NCBI GenBank assembly: GCA_040752415.1
Contig: JBFMGU010000006.1
Span: 25,006 to 89,005, forward strand
Source of the DNA: Myxococcota bacterium
Lineage (GTDB): Bacteria; Myxococcota; JACRCW01
Length of the DNA: 64,000 nucleotides
Direction of reading: 5' to 3'
The notes beneath the pieces are model-generated. The model was given only the letters and a program-made list of their open reading frames with translations. It was not told the DNA's origin and ran no database searches. The position numbers were made by a program, and so were the translations under genes. Of this stretch, positions 29,400-39,414 are shown piece after piece; within the stretch, counting starts at the first letter, position 1, and every line of letters begins with the position of its first letter.

Positions 29400-30275
29400 A
29401 TGGAGAAGCGGCCTCTGGGTGCAACGGGGATGCAGGTCTCGGTGCTGGGCCTGGGCGCGGGTCACGTGGGCGGCGCGGAGCTGTCCGAGGACCACGTGGG
29501 CTGGCTGCTCAACGCCGCGTTGGACCTGGGCGTCAACCTCGTCGACACCGCGCGCGGCTACGGGCTCTCGGAAGAGCGCATCGGGCGTCACCTGGCGTGG
29601 CGACGACGTGATTTCGTGCTGGTGAGCAAGTGCGGCTACGGCGTGGAGGGGGTGGCGGACTGGACGCCGGAGTGCATCCGCGTCGGCGTGGACCAGGCGC
29701 TGCGTCGCATGCGCACCGACCACATCGACGTCATGATGCTGCACTCCTGCCCGCGCGCCACGTTGGAGCAACCGGGGCTGCTGGACGCGCTGGACGACGC
29801 GGTGCGCGCCGGCAAGGTCCGCCACGCGGGGTACTCCGGCGAGAACGAGGACCTGGCCTACGCGATCTTGACGGGGTGTTTCACGGTGTTCGAGACGTCG
29901 GTGAATGTGTTTGACCAGCGTGGCCTGTGGGAGCTGGTTCCGCGCATGGGCGCCGCGGGGGTCATTGCGAAGCGGCCGGCGGGGAATGCGCCGTGGCGTT
30001 TCGTCGAGCGGCCCCACGGGCATTACGGCGAGGTGTACTGGGAGCGCATGGTGCAGTTGGGGCTGCGGCCTGGTCCGCTGTCCTGGACGGAATACGCGTT
30101 GCGGTTTGCCGCGCATGCGCCGGGAGTGCACTGCGCCATCGTCGGGACGTCCAGCGTGGAGCACCTGCGGGAGAACGTGCGCGCGGTGGAGGCGGGGCCG
30201 TTGTCGTCGGAGGTGTTTGCCGAGGCGCGCGCTGCGTTTGAGCGGGTGGGGAGAGATTGGCGGGGGCAGGTGTGA
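29400..30275 (+). CDS. Aldo/keto reductase
   Basis: LG.TG..VS.LGLG; DTARGYG.SEE.IG; SK.G; L.R.RTD.ID...LH. Confidence 0.92.
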   Translation: MEKRPLGATGMQVSVLGLGAGHVGGAELSEDHVGWLLNAALDLGVNLVDTARGYGLSEERIGRHLAWRRRDFVLVSKCGYGVEGVADWTPECIRVGVDQALRRMRTDHIDVMMLHSCPRATLEQPGLLDALDDAVRAGKVRHAGYSGENEDLAYAILTGCFTVFETSVNVFDQRGLWELVPRMGAAGVIAKRPAGNAPWRFVERPHGHYGEVYWERMVQLGLRPGPLSWTEYALRFAAHAPGVHCAIVGTSSVEHLRENVRAVEAGPLSSEVFAEARAAFERVGRDWRGQV

Positions 30276-30292
30276 GGTCCGGTCCCAGCGGC

Positions 30293-30553
30293 GCGCCGGC
30301 CTCCCGAGTCAGGGCGTGAGCGTGGGCCGGCTCTCGGACTGCGGCATGAAGTGCCGCTTTGCCTTGGTGCACCCATTGAGACCGGGGTCGTCATGCGGCC
30401 GAGCGAAAGCGGTACTTCATACCGCAGTCCGAGAGCCGGCCCCCGCTCACGCCCTGACTCGGGAGGCCGGCGCACCGCTGCGACCTCACGCTTGCCCTGG
30501 CCAATCACCCCCAAAGCCGGCCCACGCTCACGGATTGACTCGGAAGGCCGGCG
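30293..30553. repeat. REP doublet plus partial third copy between convergent genes
   Basis: 30293-30360 is the near reverse complement of 30406-30473; partial direct copy at 30515-30553; core GGACTGCGGCATGAAGTGCCGCTTT. Confidence 0.88.
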
Positions 30554-30580
30554 ACGCCAAACGCACTCGTCACCAACGCC

Positions 30581-31051
30581 TCACCCCAACGCATCCATCG
30601 TCAACGCGCGAATCTCCGCCTCACCCATCCCGCGCGCCGGCCGCATCACCCCATCCACGTAGCGCCATCCCCCGCCCTCCCGTCGGAACGTGGACCGCTC
30701 CACGAAACCCACGTCCCGCGCGCCGTCCTGCACCTGCGCCCAGAACAGCACCCGCGCCACCCCGCTCTCGTCGGGGCCATCACTCGCCAACACCACCAGG
30801 CGCGGGTAGCGGAACCGGTTGCAGTTGCGCTTGAGCTCACGCCGCACCTCCTCGCGCGGGCGCTGCGCGTCGGGGTTGCTGCTGTGCAACGTGCGCCACA
30901 GGTGGTCCACCTGCGCCAACGCAAACGCGGCGTAGCGCGAGCGCATCAACGCCTCCGGCGTGGGCGCCTCCACCCCGTCCTTGTGGAACGGCCGACAACA
31001 CTCCGCATACCCGCGCCCCGACGAGCACGGACATTCCCGCGGCTCACCCAT
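30581..31051 (-). CDS. YchJ family (SEC-C metal-binding) protein
   Basis: CPCSSG..Y..CC.P.H; PEALMRSRY.AF; ERS.F......WRY.DG. Confidence 0.92.
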   Translation of the reverse strand: MGEPRECPCSSGRGYAECCRPFHKDGVEAPTPEALMRSRYAAFALAQVDHLWRTLHSSNPDAQRPREEVRRELKRNCNRFRYPRLVVLASDGPDESGVARVLFWAQVQDGARDVGFVERSTFRREGGGWRYVDGVMRPARGMGEAEIRALTMDALG

Positions 31052-31060
31052 GTTCTTGGC

Positions 31061-32989
31061 TCACTCCGGGTCGCACATCCCGTCGCAGGTGGGCTCCACC
31101 ACGCCATCCGGCTTGAGGAACCGCTTCTTCATCTCGATGGCCGCCGCGAGACGTCGCACCGCCTCGTGCGTCTCATTCCCTTCCGCGGCCTCGTTGGTGG
31201 GCGGGGGCGTCTTGCTCACCGGCACCCCGAAGTACACGTACGCCGACGGCGCCGTCTCCACCGTCTCAAAACCCCACGGCGTGCGTGCGCTCTGGCTGAG
31301 CAGCGGCAACCCCGCCGTCCCGTACACCATGTCGGAGGCCAGGTTGGGGACCTGCGCGTCGTCGGTGCCAATCTGCGAGAGCACGTAACGCACCGTCGAG
31401 CCCGGCAGCGGGTCCTTCACCACGTGCGGCGCATAGCTCACCGGGTCCGCGTAGTCCCACAGGCTCTGGATCATCGCCAGGATCACCTGTCGCTCCACGG
31501 GCACGCGGTAGCTGTCGTCGAACACCAGCGACATGGCCGGCCAGTTGGCGCTGCGCTGGATCATCATGGACCAGTTGCCCGCGCCCACCCCCACCACGCC
31601 ACGCTCGATGTCCGGCGTGAGCGCCAGGAACGTGAGCCCCATGATGCCGCCCAGGCTGTTGCCGTCGTAGTAGGTGGTTCCCTCGTCGATGAGCCGGCTC
31701 CCGTCGGCGCGCTGGAGCTCGGGCGCGTCGCCCAGGATGCCGCGCACGGTGCGCGTGAGCGCAATGGTGTCAATCACCGCCTGCTGCAGCCGGGAGGCGG
31801 TGCGGTGGAACAGGCTCATGTCCCGCAGCGCGTTGGTGACAATGCCCACGTCCTGCTCGGTGAGGCCGGTCCAGTTGGTGGCCGCCACCACATAGCCCAG
31901 CTCCTCGGCGAGACGACGCACGTGACCGCTCTGGATCTCGTCATAGCCGGAGCCCAGCAGCCCGTGCCCGTAGATGAGCAGCGGCACCGGCCCCGGGGCG
32001 TTCATGGCCTTGGGCGGCACCACCACGGTGAACTCACGGTCCCATTCCCCCGTCGCCACCGGGGTGCCGGACGCGTCGCGCGCCAGCGTGGCGGTGAAGC
32101 CGCCCTCGTCGGTGAGGAAGAGCGGGGAGCGGAAGGTCCCGTCCACCAGGCGCGCCACGTCCGGGTACGTGTTCTCCCGGGAGCGTGAGATGGCATACGC
32201 AATGCCGCGGTTTCCCAGCGTCGTCAGCGCCTGCTCACGCATGCTGAGCAGCGCGCCGGTGATGGCTTCCTGGGAGGCGGTGTGCACCTCGAACGCGAGC
32301 AGCAGGTCGTCCCGGGTGAGCCCCAGCTGCGTCGCCACCTCCATGGCCTCCACCAGCGACGCCCGACGGGACTCCAGCCGCGCGCTGGTGGTGGGCAGAC
32401 CGTCCAGCACCGCCTGGAACCCCGCGCTGCGCGGCACCGCGCTCCCGTCCAGCGCACGCACCCGGTGCGTCACCACGACGAGATAACGCGCATTGTTCCG
32501 CAGCCGCCGCATGGGCCGGATGATGAGCGTGCGCTCGCCGGGCTCCTCCACGGTCATGTCCAGCTCGGAGAAATGCGGCACGCGCTCCCGGCGCTCCACG
32601 TCGATCAACACGGTCCCGCTCTCGGCGGTGAGGCTGCGCGCAATGTCATCCTGCGGCGGCAAGGCGGTGTTGGAGATGGCCACCGGGAAATGCACCATGT
32701 ACGGCGCCGCGGGCGAGAACCCGTCCTGGTCCAGGGAGGTCACATCCACGGGAATTCCCTCACTGCTCAGCGGCGCGGCGCCCTGGGGGATGCGCACGCG
32801 TCGACCGGTGACGGTGCTGGCGTCGACTTCCAGGTACATGCTGGAGGGGAACGGGTTGAGGCACTCCGGGCCGTAGCCCAGCGGATTGCACGGCTCCGCC
32901 GCCACGTTGACCGCCGGTGGCGTCCCCGACGTGGAAGAGCAGGAAACCAGGAGCAACAGGACCCACAACGGTTGACGACCTTGACGCAT
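31061..32989 (-). CDS. Lipoprotein with N-terminal Ig-like region and alpha/beta hydrolase (lipase-like) domain
   Basis: LVSC lipobox; PFPS..Y; DGFSP; YGHGLLG; GNSLGG; D..VPN; H. Confidence 0.8.
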   Translation of the reverse strand: MRQGRQPLWVLLLLVSCSSTSGTPPAVNVAAEPCNPLGYGPECLNPFPSSMYLEVDASTVTGRRVRIPQGAAPLSSEGIPVDVTSLDQDGFSPAAPYMVHFPVAISNTALPPQDDIARSLTAESGTVLIDVERRERVPHFSELDMTVEEPGERTLIIRPMRRLRNNARYLVVVTHRVRALDGSAVPRSAGFQAVLDGLPTTSARLESRRASLVEAMEVATQLGLTRDDLLLAFEVHTASQEAITGALLSMREQALTTLGNRGIAYAISRSRENTYPDVARLVDGTFRSPLFLTDEGGFTATLARDASGTPVATGEWDREFTVVVPPKAMNAPGPVPLLIYGHGLLGSGYDEIQSGHVRRLAEELGYVVAATNWTGLTEQDVGIVTNALRDMSLFHRTASRLQQAVIDTIALTRTVRGILGDAPELQRADGSRLIDEGTTYYDGNSLGGIMGLTFLALTPDIERGVVGVGAGNWSMMIQRSANWPAMSLVFDDSYRVPVERQVILAMIQSLWDYADPVSYAPHVVKDPLPGSTVRYVLSQIGTDDAQVPNLASDMVYGTAGLPLLSQSARTPWGFETVETAPSAYVYFGVPVSKTPPPTNEAAEGNETHEAVRRLAAAIEMKKRFLKPDGVVEPTCDGMCDPE

Positions 32990-33088
32990 GACCGCGACCT
33001 CCGACGGGTGCGCAGTCTGCCGCCCGATGATGCATTTGGCCAGTCCGTCGCCATCCGACAAACCGCGGCTGTGCTAGAGAGATGGGTG

Positions 33089-34498
33089 ATGCGCATCCGG
33101 TGGGTGATGGTGACGTTGCTGGGCGTGGCGGCGTGTCTCCCGGTGGTTCCCGAGTCCCCGTGCGAGACCAGCGACGATTGCGACGTGGAGCACCATTGCG
33201 TGGATGGGAGCTGCGTGCCCCGGGACCAGGGTTCCTTCTCCACGTCGTCGTCAGCGGTCGCGAGCACTTCCTCCAGCGCCAGCTCCTCGAGCAGCGCTTC
33301 CTCTTCCGCGTCCTCCGCCGCCGTCAGCTCCTCGAGCGCGAGCGGAACCGCCAGCACATCCGACGTCACCTCCTCCAGCAGCGCCACGTCCACGTCGGGT
33401 GCCACCTCCTCCACCGGCGGAAGCAGCACGTCGCAGACCTCCTCCACCTCGTCGGGCAGCTCCACCACGTCGGCGGGAACGTCCTCCCCCAACGCCACCA
33501 GCAGCACCACCTCCACCAGCTCGTCCGCCACCAGCGCCGCGTCCACGTCGAGCAACACCACCTCGACGTCATCGACGGGGAGCACCACGTCCTCCAGCGG
33601 CTACCACGCCCCGCCCTTCTTCACCGCCTACAATGACCTGGCGTGGTTCTCCGGCCAGACCACCACCAGGATCAGCACGCTCACGCGCGGCCAATCCGGG
33701 AATCTCGTCGACGCCAACACGGGCGTGGCGCTGGGCGCTTCCCTGTCCATCAGCGCGGGCGGCGCGGGCCCGTACGACACCTATGGCGCCATGCCCGCCC
33801 CGGGGACGGAGGCGCACAACTTCTTCGCGAGCCACGTGGATGGGGCCGGGCTCATCAGCTTTGACCCCTCCGACCTGGTGCTGACCTTCAGCTCGCTCCC
33901 CACGACGATGCGCTACGAGCTGGTCTTCCTGTGCAACCGCGACAACGCCACCTACACCGACCGGCTCACCCGCGTGACGCTTTCCGGGATGACGACACTC
34001 ATCAACGACAGCTCACCGGGCACGTCCTTCCAGCCGGGCACGGCCTCCACGGTCTTCTCTTGCGGTGCCAACGCGGAGGGACGGGTGGCGCGCTTCGTGG
34101 GTGTGGACCCCGGCTCCGACGGCGAGCTGGTCCTCACCATCTCCGACGGAGGCAGCCCCACGCCGCCCGCGTACTACGCCAACGCCGTCATGATCCGCGC
34201 CTTCCCGCCCGGCACGCTCTACAACGCGCGCCCCGTGGTCGACGCCGGCGCGGACTTCACCACCTCCATGGGCGGGCTCACCTTCCTGGCCGGTTCCGCC
34301 AGCGACGACGGGTATCCCGCCGCGTTCACCGCGCAATGGACGCCGGTCACCGGTCCGGGCACGGTCTTCTTTGGCGATCCCACGCAGCTCCAACCCGAGG
34401 TGAGCTTCTCCGCGGAGGGCACCTACGTGCTGCGGTTGGATGTCTCCGACGGAGAGCTGGTGGGCACCGACACCGTCACCATCTCCGTGACGCCCTGA
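33089..34498 (+). CDS. Ser/Thr-rich lipoprotein with Cys knot and C-terminal PKD/Ig-like domain
   Basis: VAAC lipobox; C....DC.....C....C; long Ser/Thr tract; N.RP.VDAG.D...L.GS..DDG...W...GP...F..EGTY.LRL.VSDG. Confidence 0.8.
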   Translation: MRIRWVMVTLLGVAACLPVVPESPCETSDDCDVEHHCVDGSCVPRDQGSFSTSSSAVASTSSSASSSSSASSSASSAAVSSSSASGTASTSDVTSSSSATSTSGATSSTGGSSTSQTSSTSSGSSTTSAGTSSPNATSSTTSTSSSATSAASTSSNTTSTSSTGSTTSSSGYHAPPFFTAYNDLAWFSGQTTTRISTLTRGQSGNLVDANTGVALGASLSISAGGAGPYDTYGAMPAPGTEAHNFFASHVDGAGLISFDPSDLVLTFSSLPTTMRYELVFLCNRDNATYTDRLTRVTLSGMTTLINDSSPGTSFQPGTASTVFSCGANAEGRVARFVGVDPGSDGELVLTISDGGSPTPPAYYANAVMIRAFPPGTLYNARPVVDAGADFTTSMGGLTFLAGSASDDGYPAAFTAQWTPVTGPGTVFFGDPTQLQPEVSFSAEGTYVLRLDVSDGELVGTDTVTISVTP

Positions 34499-34654
34499 GC
34501 GGAGGACGGCGGCCAAATTCCGCGGTGGTTATATCCACGGTTGCGCGTGTGACGTCACCCAACCACGCGCCACAACCCTCACGGATGCCGCAACACCTGG
34601 GCACGCGTGTCAGACACCTCGCGGCGTTCCCGCGGGTCCGGTTGGAGCCGCCGC

Positions 34655-36640
34655 ATGGTCACCTTCACCTCGCGTTACACCCGCTGGCTCCACTCCGTCT
34701 CGACCCACGACGTGGCCGCGGTGGGCACCCGGAACGCCCTGCTGGGCGAGATGGCACGCACGCTGGGGGCTCGGGGCATTCGCGTGCCCGGCGGGTTTGC
34801 CATCACCGTGGAGGCGTACCGCAGCTTCCTGCAGGAGAACGGGCTCTCCCGTCGGGTGACCCGTGCGCTGGACGACCTCTCGCTCGGGAAGGTGACGTTG
34901 GAGGAAGCGGGTGCGCACCTCCGTGAGCACTTCCTCCGCGCCGAGTTTCCCGAGGAGCTGGCGCTGGCCATCCGCACCGCCTACCGCGAGCTGTGCCACC
35001 GCCACGCGGTCGACGAGGTGAACGTGGCGGTCCGCGGCAGCGCCACCCTGGAGGAGCATCCCCATCCCGACCCATTGCTCAACGTGCGTGGTGAGTCGGC
35101 CCTGCTGGAAGCCACGCGCGACTGCTTTGCCGCGCTGTTCAGCAACCGCGCCATTGCGTGGCGTCGGGACGGTGGCGTGGATCACCTGGGGGTGGCGCTC
35201 AGCGTGGGCGTTCAGAAGATGGTGCGCAGTGACATGGCGTGCGCCGGCGTGATGTCCAGCATGGACCACGAGACGGGCTTTCCCCACGCCGTGATCATCC
35301 AGGCCAGCTGGGGCCTGGGCGCGCTTCACGCCGACGACACCGCCGACCAGTACACCGTCTTCAAGCCGCTGCTGCGGAGCCGGGACCACCGGCCCATCGT
35401 CGAGAAACGGCTGGGCACGCAGCGGCGCAAGCTGGTGTACGGGCACAACGGCACGCCCACCACGTTCGTGGACACCTCCCCGGACGAGCGCGGCTCCTTC
35501 ATCCTTGACGACGAGGAAATCTTGGAACTGGCGCGCCGCGCCTGCGCGGTGGAGGAGCACTTTGGCCGTCCCGTGGACCTGGCGTGGGCGCGCGACGGGT
35601 TCACCGGGGAGCTCTACGTGGTGCACGCGCAGCCGCGGGCCCCGGCGCGACTCGGGACCGACCCGTTCCCGACGGACACGCCCACCACGCGCACGCAGAT
35701 CATGATCAACCTGGCCAACCCCGCGGCGGCATTCCGCGCATGGAAGCTGCCCAGCCGTGGCATTGGCCTGGCGCGCCTGGAGCTGATCATCAACCACTGC
35801 GTCAAGGTCCATCCCATGGCGCTGGTCCGCTACGACGAGCTGAAGGACGCCGCCCTCCGCGCCCAGGTCGACGGGCTCACCCGGGGTTATCGTCGGAAGA
35901 CGGACTACTTCGTGGACTCGCTGGCGCGCGGGCTGGCCAAGCTTGCGTGCGCGCAGCATCCCTACCCGGTGATGGCGTGCCTCAGTGATTTCCGCAGCGA
36001 CGAGCACGCCGGTCTCGTCGGCGGAGCGCTGTTCGAGCCCAGGGAGGTGAACCCCGTGCTCGGGCTGCGCGGCGCCTCCCGCTACTACAGCGACGCCTAC
36101 CGGGAAGCGTTTGCGCTGGAGTGCCAGGCCCTCCGCAAGGTGCGCGAGGAGATGGGACTGAGGAACGTGGCGGTGATGGTCCCGTTCTGTCGCACACTGG
36201 AGGAGGCCGACCGGGTGCTGGAGCTGATGTCGCTGCACGGGCTGAAGCGCGGTGTCGACGGGCTGGAGGTGCACGTCACGGCGGAGGTCCCGGCCAACGT
36301 GATCCTGGCCGAGCAGTTCGCGGAGCGCTTTGACGGCTTCTCCATTGGCAGCAACGACCTCACGCAGCTGGTGCTGGGCGTGGACCGCGGCAACGGACCG
36401 CTGGCCGCGCTGTTCGACGAGCGCAATGACGCCGTCAAGGCGATGATCCGACAGCTCATCCGCGTGGCGCACGCGCGCGGACGCAAAGTGGGCATCTGCG
36501 GCCCGGCTCCCAGCGTTCACCCGGAGTTCGCCCAGTTCCTCGTCGAGGCGGGCATTGACTCCATCTCCCTGCACCCGGACTGCGTGCTCGCGGTGCAGGA
36601 GCGCGTGGCCCAGGCGGAGCGCGCCCGCTACGGCGCCTGA
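34655..36640 (+). CDS. PEP synthase-like protein lacking the phosphohistidine domain
   Basis: PpsA-like N-terminus (NA.LGEM, VPGGFA.T, VQKMVRSD) and C-terminus (GLARLE, NP.LG.RG, FSIGSNDLTQ, GICG); central domain absent. Confidence 0.85.
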   Translation: MVTFTSRYTRWLHSVSTHDVAAVGTRNALLGEMARTLGARGIRVPGGFAITVEAYRSFLQENGLSRRVTRALDDLSLGKVTLEEAGAHLREHFLRAEFPEELALAIRTAYRELCHRHAVDEVNVAVRGSATLEEHPHPDPLLNVRGESALLEATRDCFAALFSNRAIAWRRDGGVDHLGVALSVGVQKMVRSDMACAGVMSSMDHETGFPHAVIIQASWGLGALHADDTADQYTVFKPLLRSRDHRPIVEKRLGTQRRKLVYGHNGTPTTFVDTSPDERGSFILDDEEILELARRACAVEEHFGRPVDLAWARDGFTGELYVVHAQPRAPARLGTDPFPTDTPTTRTQIMINLANPAAAFRAWKLPSRGIGLARLELIINHCVKVHPMALVRYDELKDAALRAQVDGLTRGYRRKTDYFVDSLARGLAKLACAQHPYPVMACLSDFRSDEHAGLVGGALFEPREVNPVLGLRGASRYYSDAYREAFALECQALRKVREEMGLRNVAVMVPFCRTLEEADRVLELMSLHGLKRGVDGLEVHVTAEVPANVILAEQFAERFDGFSIGSNDLTQLVLGVDRGNGPLAALFDERNDAVKAMIRQLIRVAHARGRKVGICGPAPSVHPEFAQFLVEAGIDSISLHPDCVLAVQERVAQAERARYGA

Positions 36641-36727
36641 ACCGCGGTGGCGACGGAGCACGCCGTGGGTTGACACGTGCCGCCAGATGGGATTGCCATT
36701 CGCCGCACGAACGAAGTGAGGCGAAAC

Positions 36728-37918
36728 ATGAAGCGGCGGATGGCGGTGCTGGTGGTGGTGTGGGCGGCGGCGTGCAGTGCGGGCAGTGGATCGGGGACCA
36801 GCGGTGCGTCGTCCTCCAGCGGGTCGGTGGAGTCCTCTTCCACGTCGGAGAGCGGCTCCTCCACGTCGGAGGGCTCCACCTCGTCGGGTGGGACCGGTTC
36901 CTCCAGCAGCACCTCCGGCGGCGAGACCCGGAGCTCCTCCACCAGCAGCGCCACGACGACCTCCACGTCGAGCGCGACATCATCCACGGGTTCGTCGAGC
37001 GCCACGGCCAGCTCGTCCTCCAGCTCGTCGTCCAGCTCCTCCAGCTCCTCCTCGGGAGTGGCCGTGGATGTCTCCGCCGCCAAGCGCGCCTATCTCACCA
37101 GCGCCGCGGCCTACGAGGTGCCGGTGGCCACCAGCGCGCTCGTCGTCGACGCGGTGTACACGGCGAGCATCCTGGGCGCGCAGGGCCAGGCCATCCTGAC
37201 CACGGGGACCATCACCCAGGACGGCAACGGGCAGCTCAGCTACAGCAGCTCGCCGTCGGACCGGCTCCGCGTGGTGTACAGCGCGGGCGCCACCGTCGAG
37301 TACTTCATCTCGCAGATCGACGGGAACTTTGCCCTGGACTCCAGCGCCTTCCTCACCGAGGACCACGCGCTGAACTTCCGTTACGTGAACAGCGGCGTGG
37401 CGGACCTTCAGGTGGTGGCCTCGCGTTCCGGCAGCACCCAGCAGGGAAGCATGAACGGCACGCTGGTCATCGAGTCGGTGAGCCACACGGTGAGCTGCTC
37501 GCGGCAGGGCACGGTCACCAGCCAGGTGGACTCCGGCTTCGCCCGCACCGACAGCAACGAGACGGTGACCGGGACCATCACCGCCGCGGACTTCTCCATG
37601 ACGGTGAATGAGCAGCGCGTGAGCGCCTTCCAGGTCTACAACGGGCAATCCGTCAACGACATCTCCCGGACCATCGACGACGCGTGGACCACGCAAGGCA
37701 TTCCGTACACGCTCTCCGGCGGGCTCATCCAGAAGAGCTTCGTCGACGGCGTGGCGGCGCAGCTGGACTCCTACTGGCGCGCCGAGGGTCCCCTCACGCG
37801 CGACGGCGTGCCGGTGGGTGGGCTGGGCTGGGGTCAGGACGGCCTGGCCATCCAGGTCTGGCTGGACGTGGGTGGGCAGCGCACGGTGCTGGAGACCTAC
37901 AGCGCGCCCCAATCGTGA
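36728..37918 (+). CDS. Ser-rich lipoprotein with beta-strand-rich C-terminal domain
   Basis: AAAC lipobox; about 100-aa Ser/Thr/Gly tract. Confidence 0.75.
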   Translation: MKRRMAVLVVVWAAACSAGSGSGTSGASSSSGSVESSSTSESGSSTSEGSTSSGGTGSSSSTSGGETRSSSTSSATTTSTSSATSSTGSSSATASSSSSSSSSSSSSSSGVAVDVSAAKRAYLTSAAAYEVPVATSALVVDAVYTASILGAQGQAILTTGTITQDGNGQLSYSSSPSDRLRVVYSAGATVEYFISQIDGNFALDSSAFLTEDHALNFRYVNSGVADLQVVASRSGSTQQGSMNGTLVIESVSHTVSCSRQGTVTSQVDSGFARTDSNETVTGTITAADFSMTVNEQRVSAFQVYNGQSVNDISRTIDDAWTTQGIPYTLSGGLIQKSFVDGVAAQLDSYWRAEGPLTRDGVPVGGLGWGQDGLAIQVWLDVGGQRTVLETYSAPQS

Positions 37919-37924
37919 CGGAAG

Positions 37925-38061
37925 CCAGAAGTGCCCTTGCCCTGCCCGTGCCCGTGCCCGGCCTGTAGGTTCTCTCAGCGCAGAGGTTGTCTGCGGAGAA
38001 CCCTCGTCGGGCGCTGAGCCCTCAAGCCGGGCACGGGCACGGGCAAGGGCAGCGTTTCTGG
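37925..38061. repeat. Inverted repeat built from (TGCCCG)n hexamers between convergent genes
   Basis: TGCCCTTGCCCTGCCCGTGCCCGTGCCCGGC ... GCCGGGCACGGGCACGGGCAAGGGCA. Confidence 0.8.
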
Positions 38062-38078
38062 GATTGGCCGACACACCC

Positions 38079-38939
38079 TCAGTTCCCGTCGATGCACTTG
38101 CCGAAATACACCGACTCGCTCACCGCCTCGCCTTCCCCGTCGGTGAACTCGCCGTAGAGGCGGGGATTGCCGCCCACGCCGCCAATGGAGGGCTGCTTGG
38201 CGATGTGGATTGGGCCGTCGGTGGGCGTGATGACCATGTCCACCGTGGTCTCATACGGGTCCGTGGTGTGCGTGCCCTTGGTGTTGTTCTTGAAGCGCAT
38301 GCGGCCGTTGAGCCCGCTCATGACAATCGCCTCGTCGACGTAGATGTAGGGCCCGGGATGGTTGGTGCAGCCGCTGAGGTCCACGTACGCGGACAGGTCC
38401 GTGGGCAGGTCAAAGTAGAGGTCCTTGGCGCCGAGCCCCTTCTTGCACCGGCCGAGATAGAACTCATCCGTGATGGGGTTCCACTTGTCGTCGAAGAGCT
38501 GCATGTAGATCAGCGGATTGCCGCCGGCGCCTCCCGCCGCCACCGACTTGGGGACCTGGATGGATTGCCCGTAGGGAATCATGTTGAGGCCAATGGTGGC
38601 CTCGATGTCACCGGACTTGTGCGTGCCCTTCTCGTTGTTCTGGAAGATGAGGTTCATCCCCGCGCCGCCCACGTACATCTCGCCGCTGATGGTGACGTAG
38701 GGACCGCCGGACTGCTCACACCCCGTCACGCTGGGTTTGAGCTTGAGGTTGCCCCGCGTGGTGGTGGTGGCCGTCATGACGTGATCCGTGTACTGCACCG
38801 GCGCAAGCGCGCTCCCGGTCTCCGGGCTCGTCGTCTCCGGGCTGGCGTCGGCATCACATCCCACCGCCAGCGCTCCCGTGAGCAACAACCCCGCTCCCTT
38901 CAACATGCACTCCGCGCGATGGTAACGACCCATGTGCAT
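38079..38939 (-). CDS. Lipoprotein with two tandem copies of an approximately 95-aa domain
   Basis: AVGC lipobox; repeats GC....GPY...F.NN.KGTH...K....GG.GGNP..Y....D......E.Y.G.C; start uncertain. Confidence 0.8.
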   Translation of the reverse strand: MHMGRYHRAECMLKGAGLLLTGALAVGCDADASPETTSPETGSALAPVQYTDHVMTATTTTRGNLKLKPSVTGCEQSGGPYVTISGEMYVGGAGMNLIFQNNEKGTHKSGDIEATIGLNMIPYGQSIQVPKSVAAGGAGGNPLIYMQLFDDKWNPITDEFYLGRCKKGLGAKDLYFDLPTDLSAYVDLSGCTNHPGPYIYVDEAIVMSGLNGRMRFKNNTKGTHTTDPYETTVDMVITPTDGPIHIAKQPSIGGVGGNPRLYGEFTDGEGEAVSESVYFGKCIDGN

Positions 38940-39414
38940 CGCTCCCTCTGCTTGTCGACGGGAACCCGGCGGACAAGCTGGTGTCATGCGTGGCCCGTCA
39001 CGGCCGCGCGTGGCCCTGCTGCAAATGGCTGTGACGGGTGATTCGGGCCGCTGCGCGCTTCCCCTGCGGGGGACAACGCCAGCAGCACGTGCAACGAGCG
39101 CCGCGGCTTGAGGGATGCCCTCAGCGCGGACGTCACGGCCAGCTATCCTAACGGTGGGAGGCGCCCAAGCCAGCGCTCACTCGACGTCGACAAGGCAGTC
39201 AACGTGACAACGTGCGCCGAGGCCCCGGGACACCGGGCGCGTGCCCGCGTCGGAAATCTGCAACCCGCTGAAGACGGCGTCACGGCGACACCAACCAAGT
39301 TGACGACGTGGGAATCAAGCCAGCGTCCCAGGCGCGGTCCGCTGGTGGCACCGCGGGACCTCCTCCAAGCGCGGAACGTTGCGGCGCGGTCCGCAGGTGG
39401 TGGAAGCTCCGGGG

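Noticed and set aside
38990..39410. Long intergenic stretch (also 42010-42280, 20000-20190) as ncRNA or riboswitch
   Set aside because: No recognisable Rfam-type motif or convincing structure by eye; an Infernal scan would be needed.
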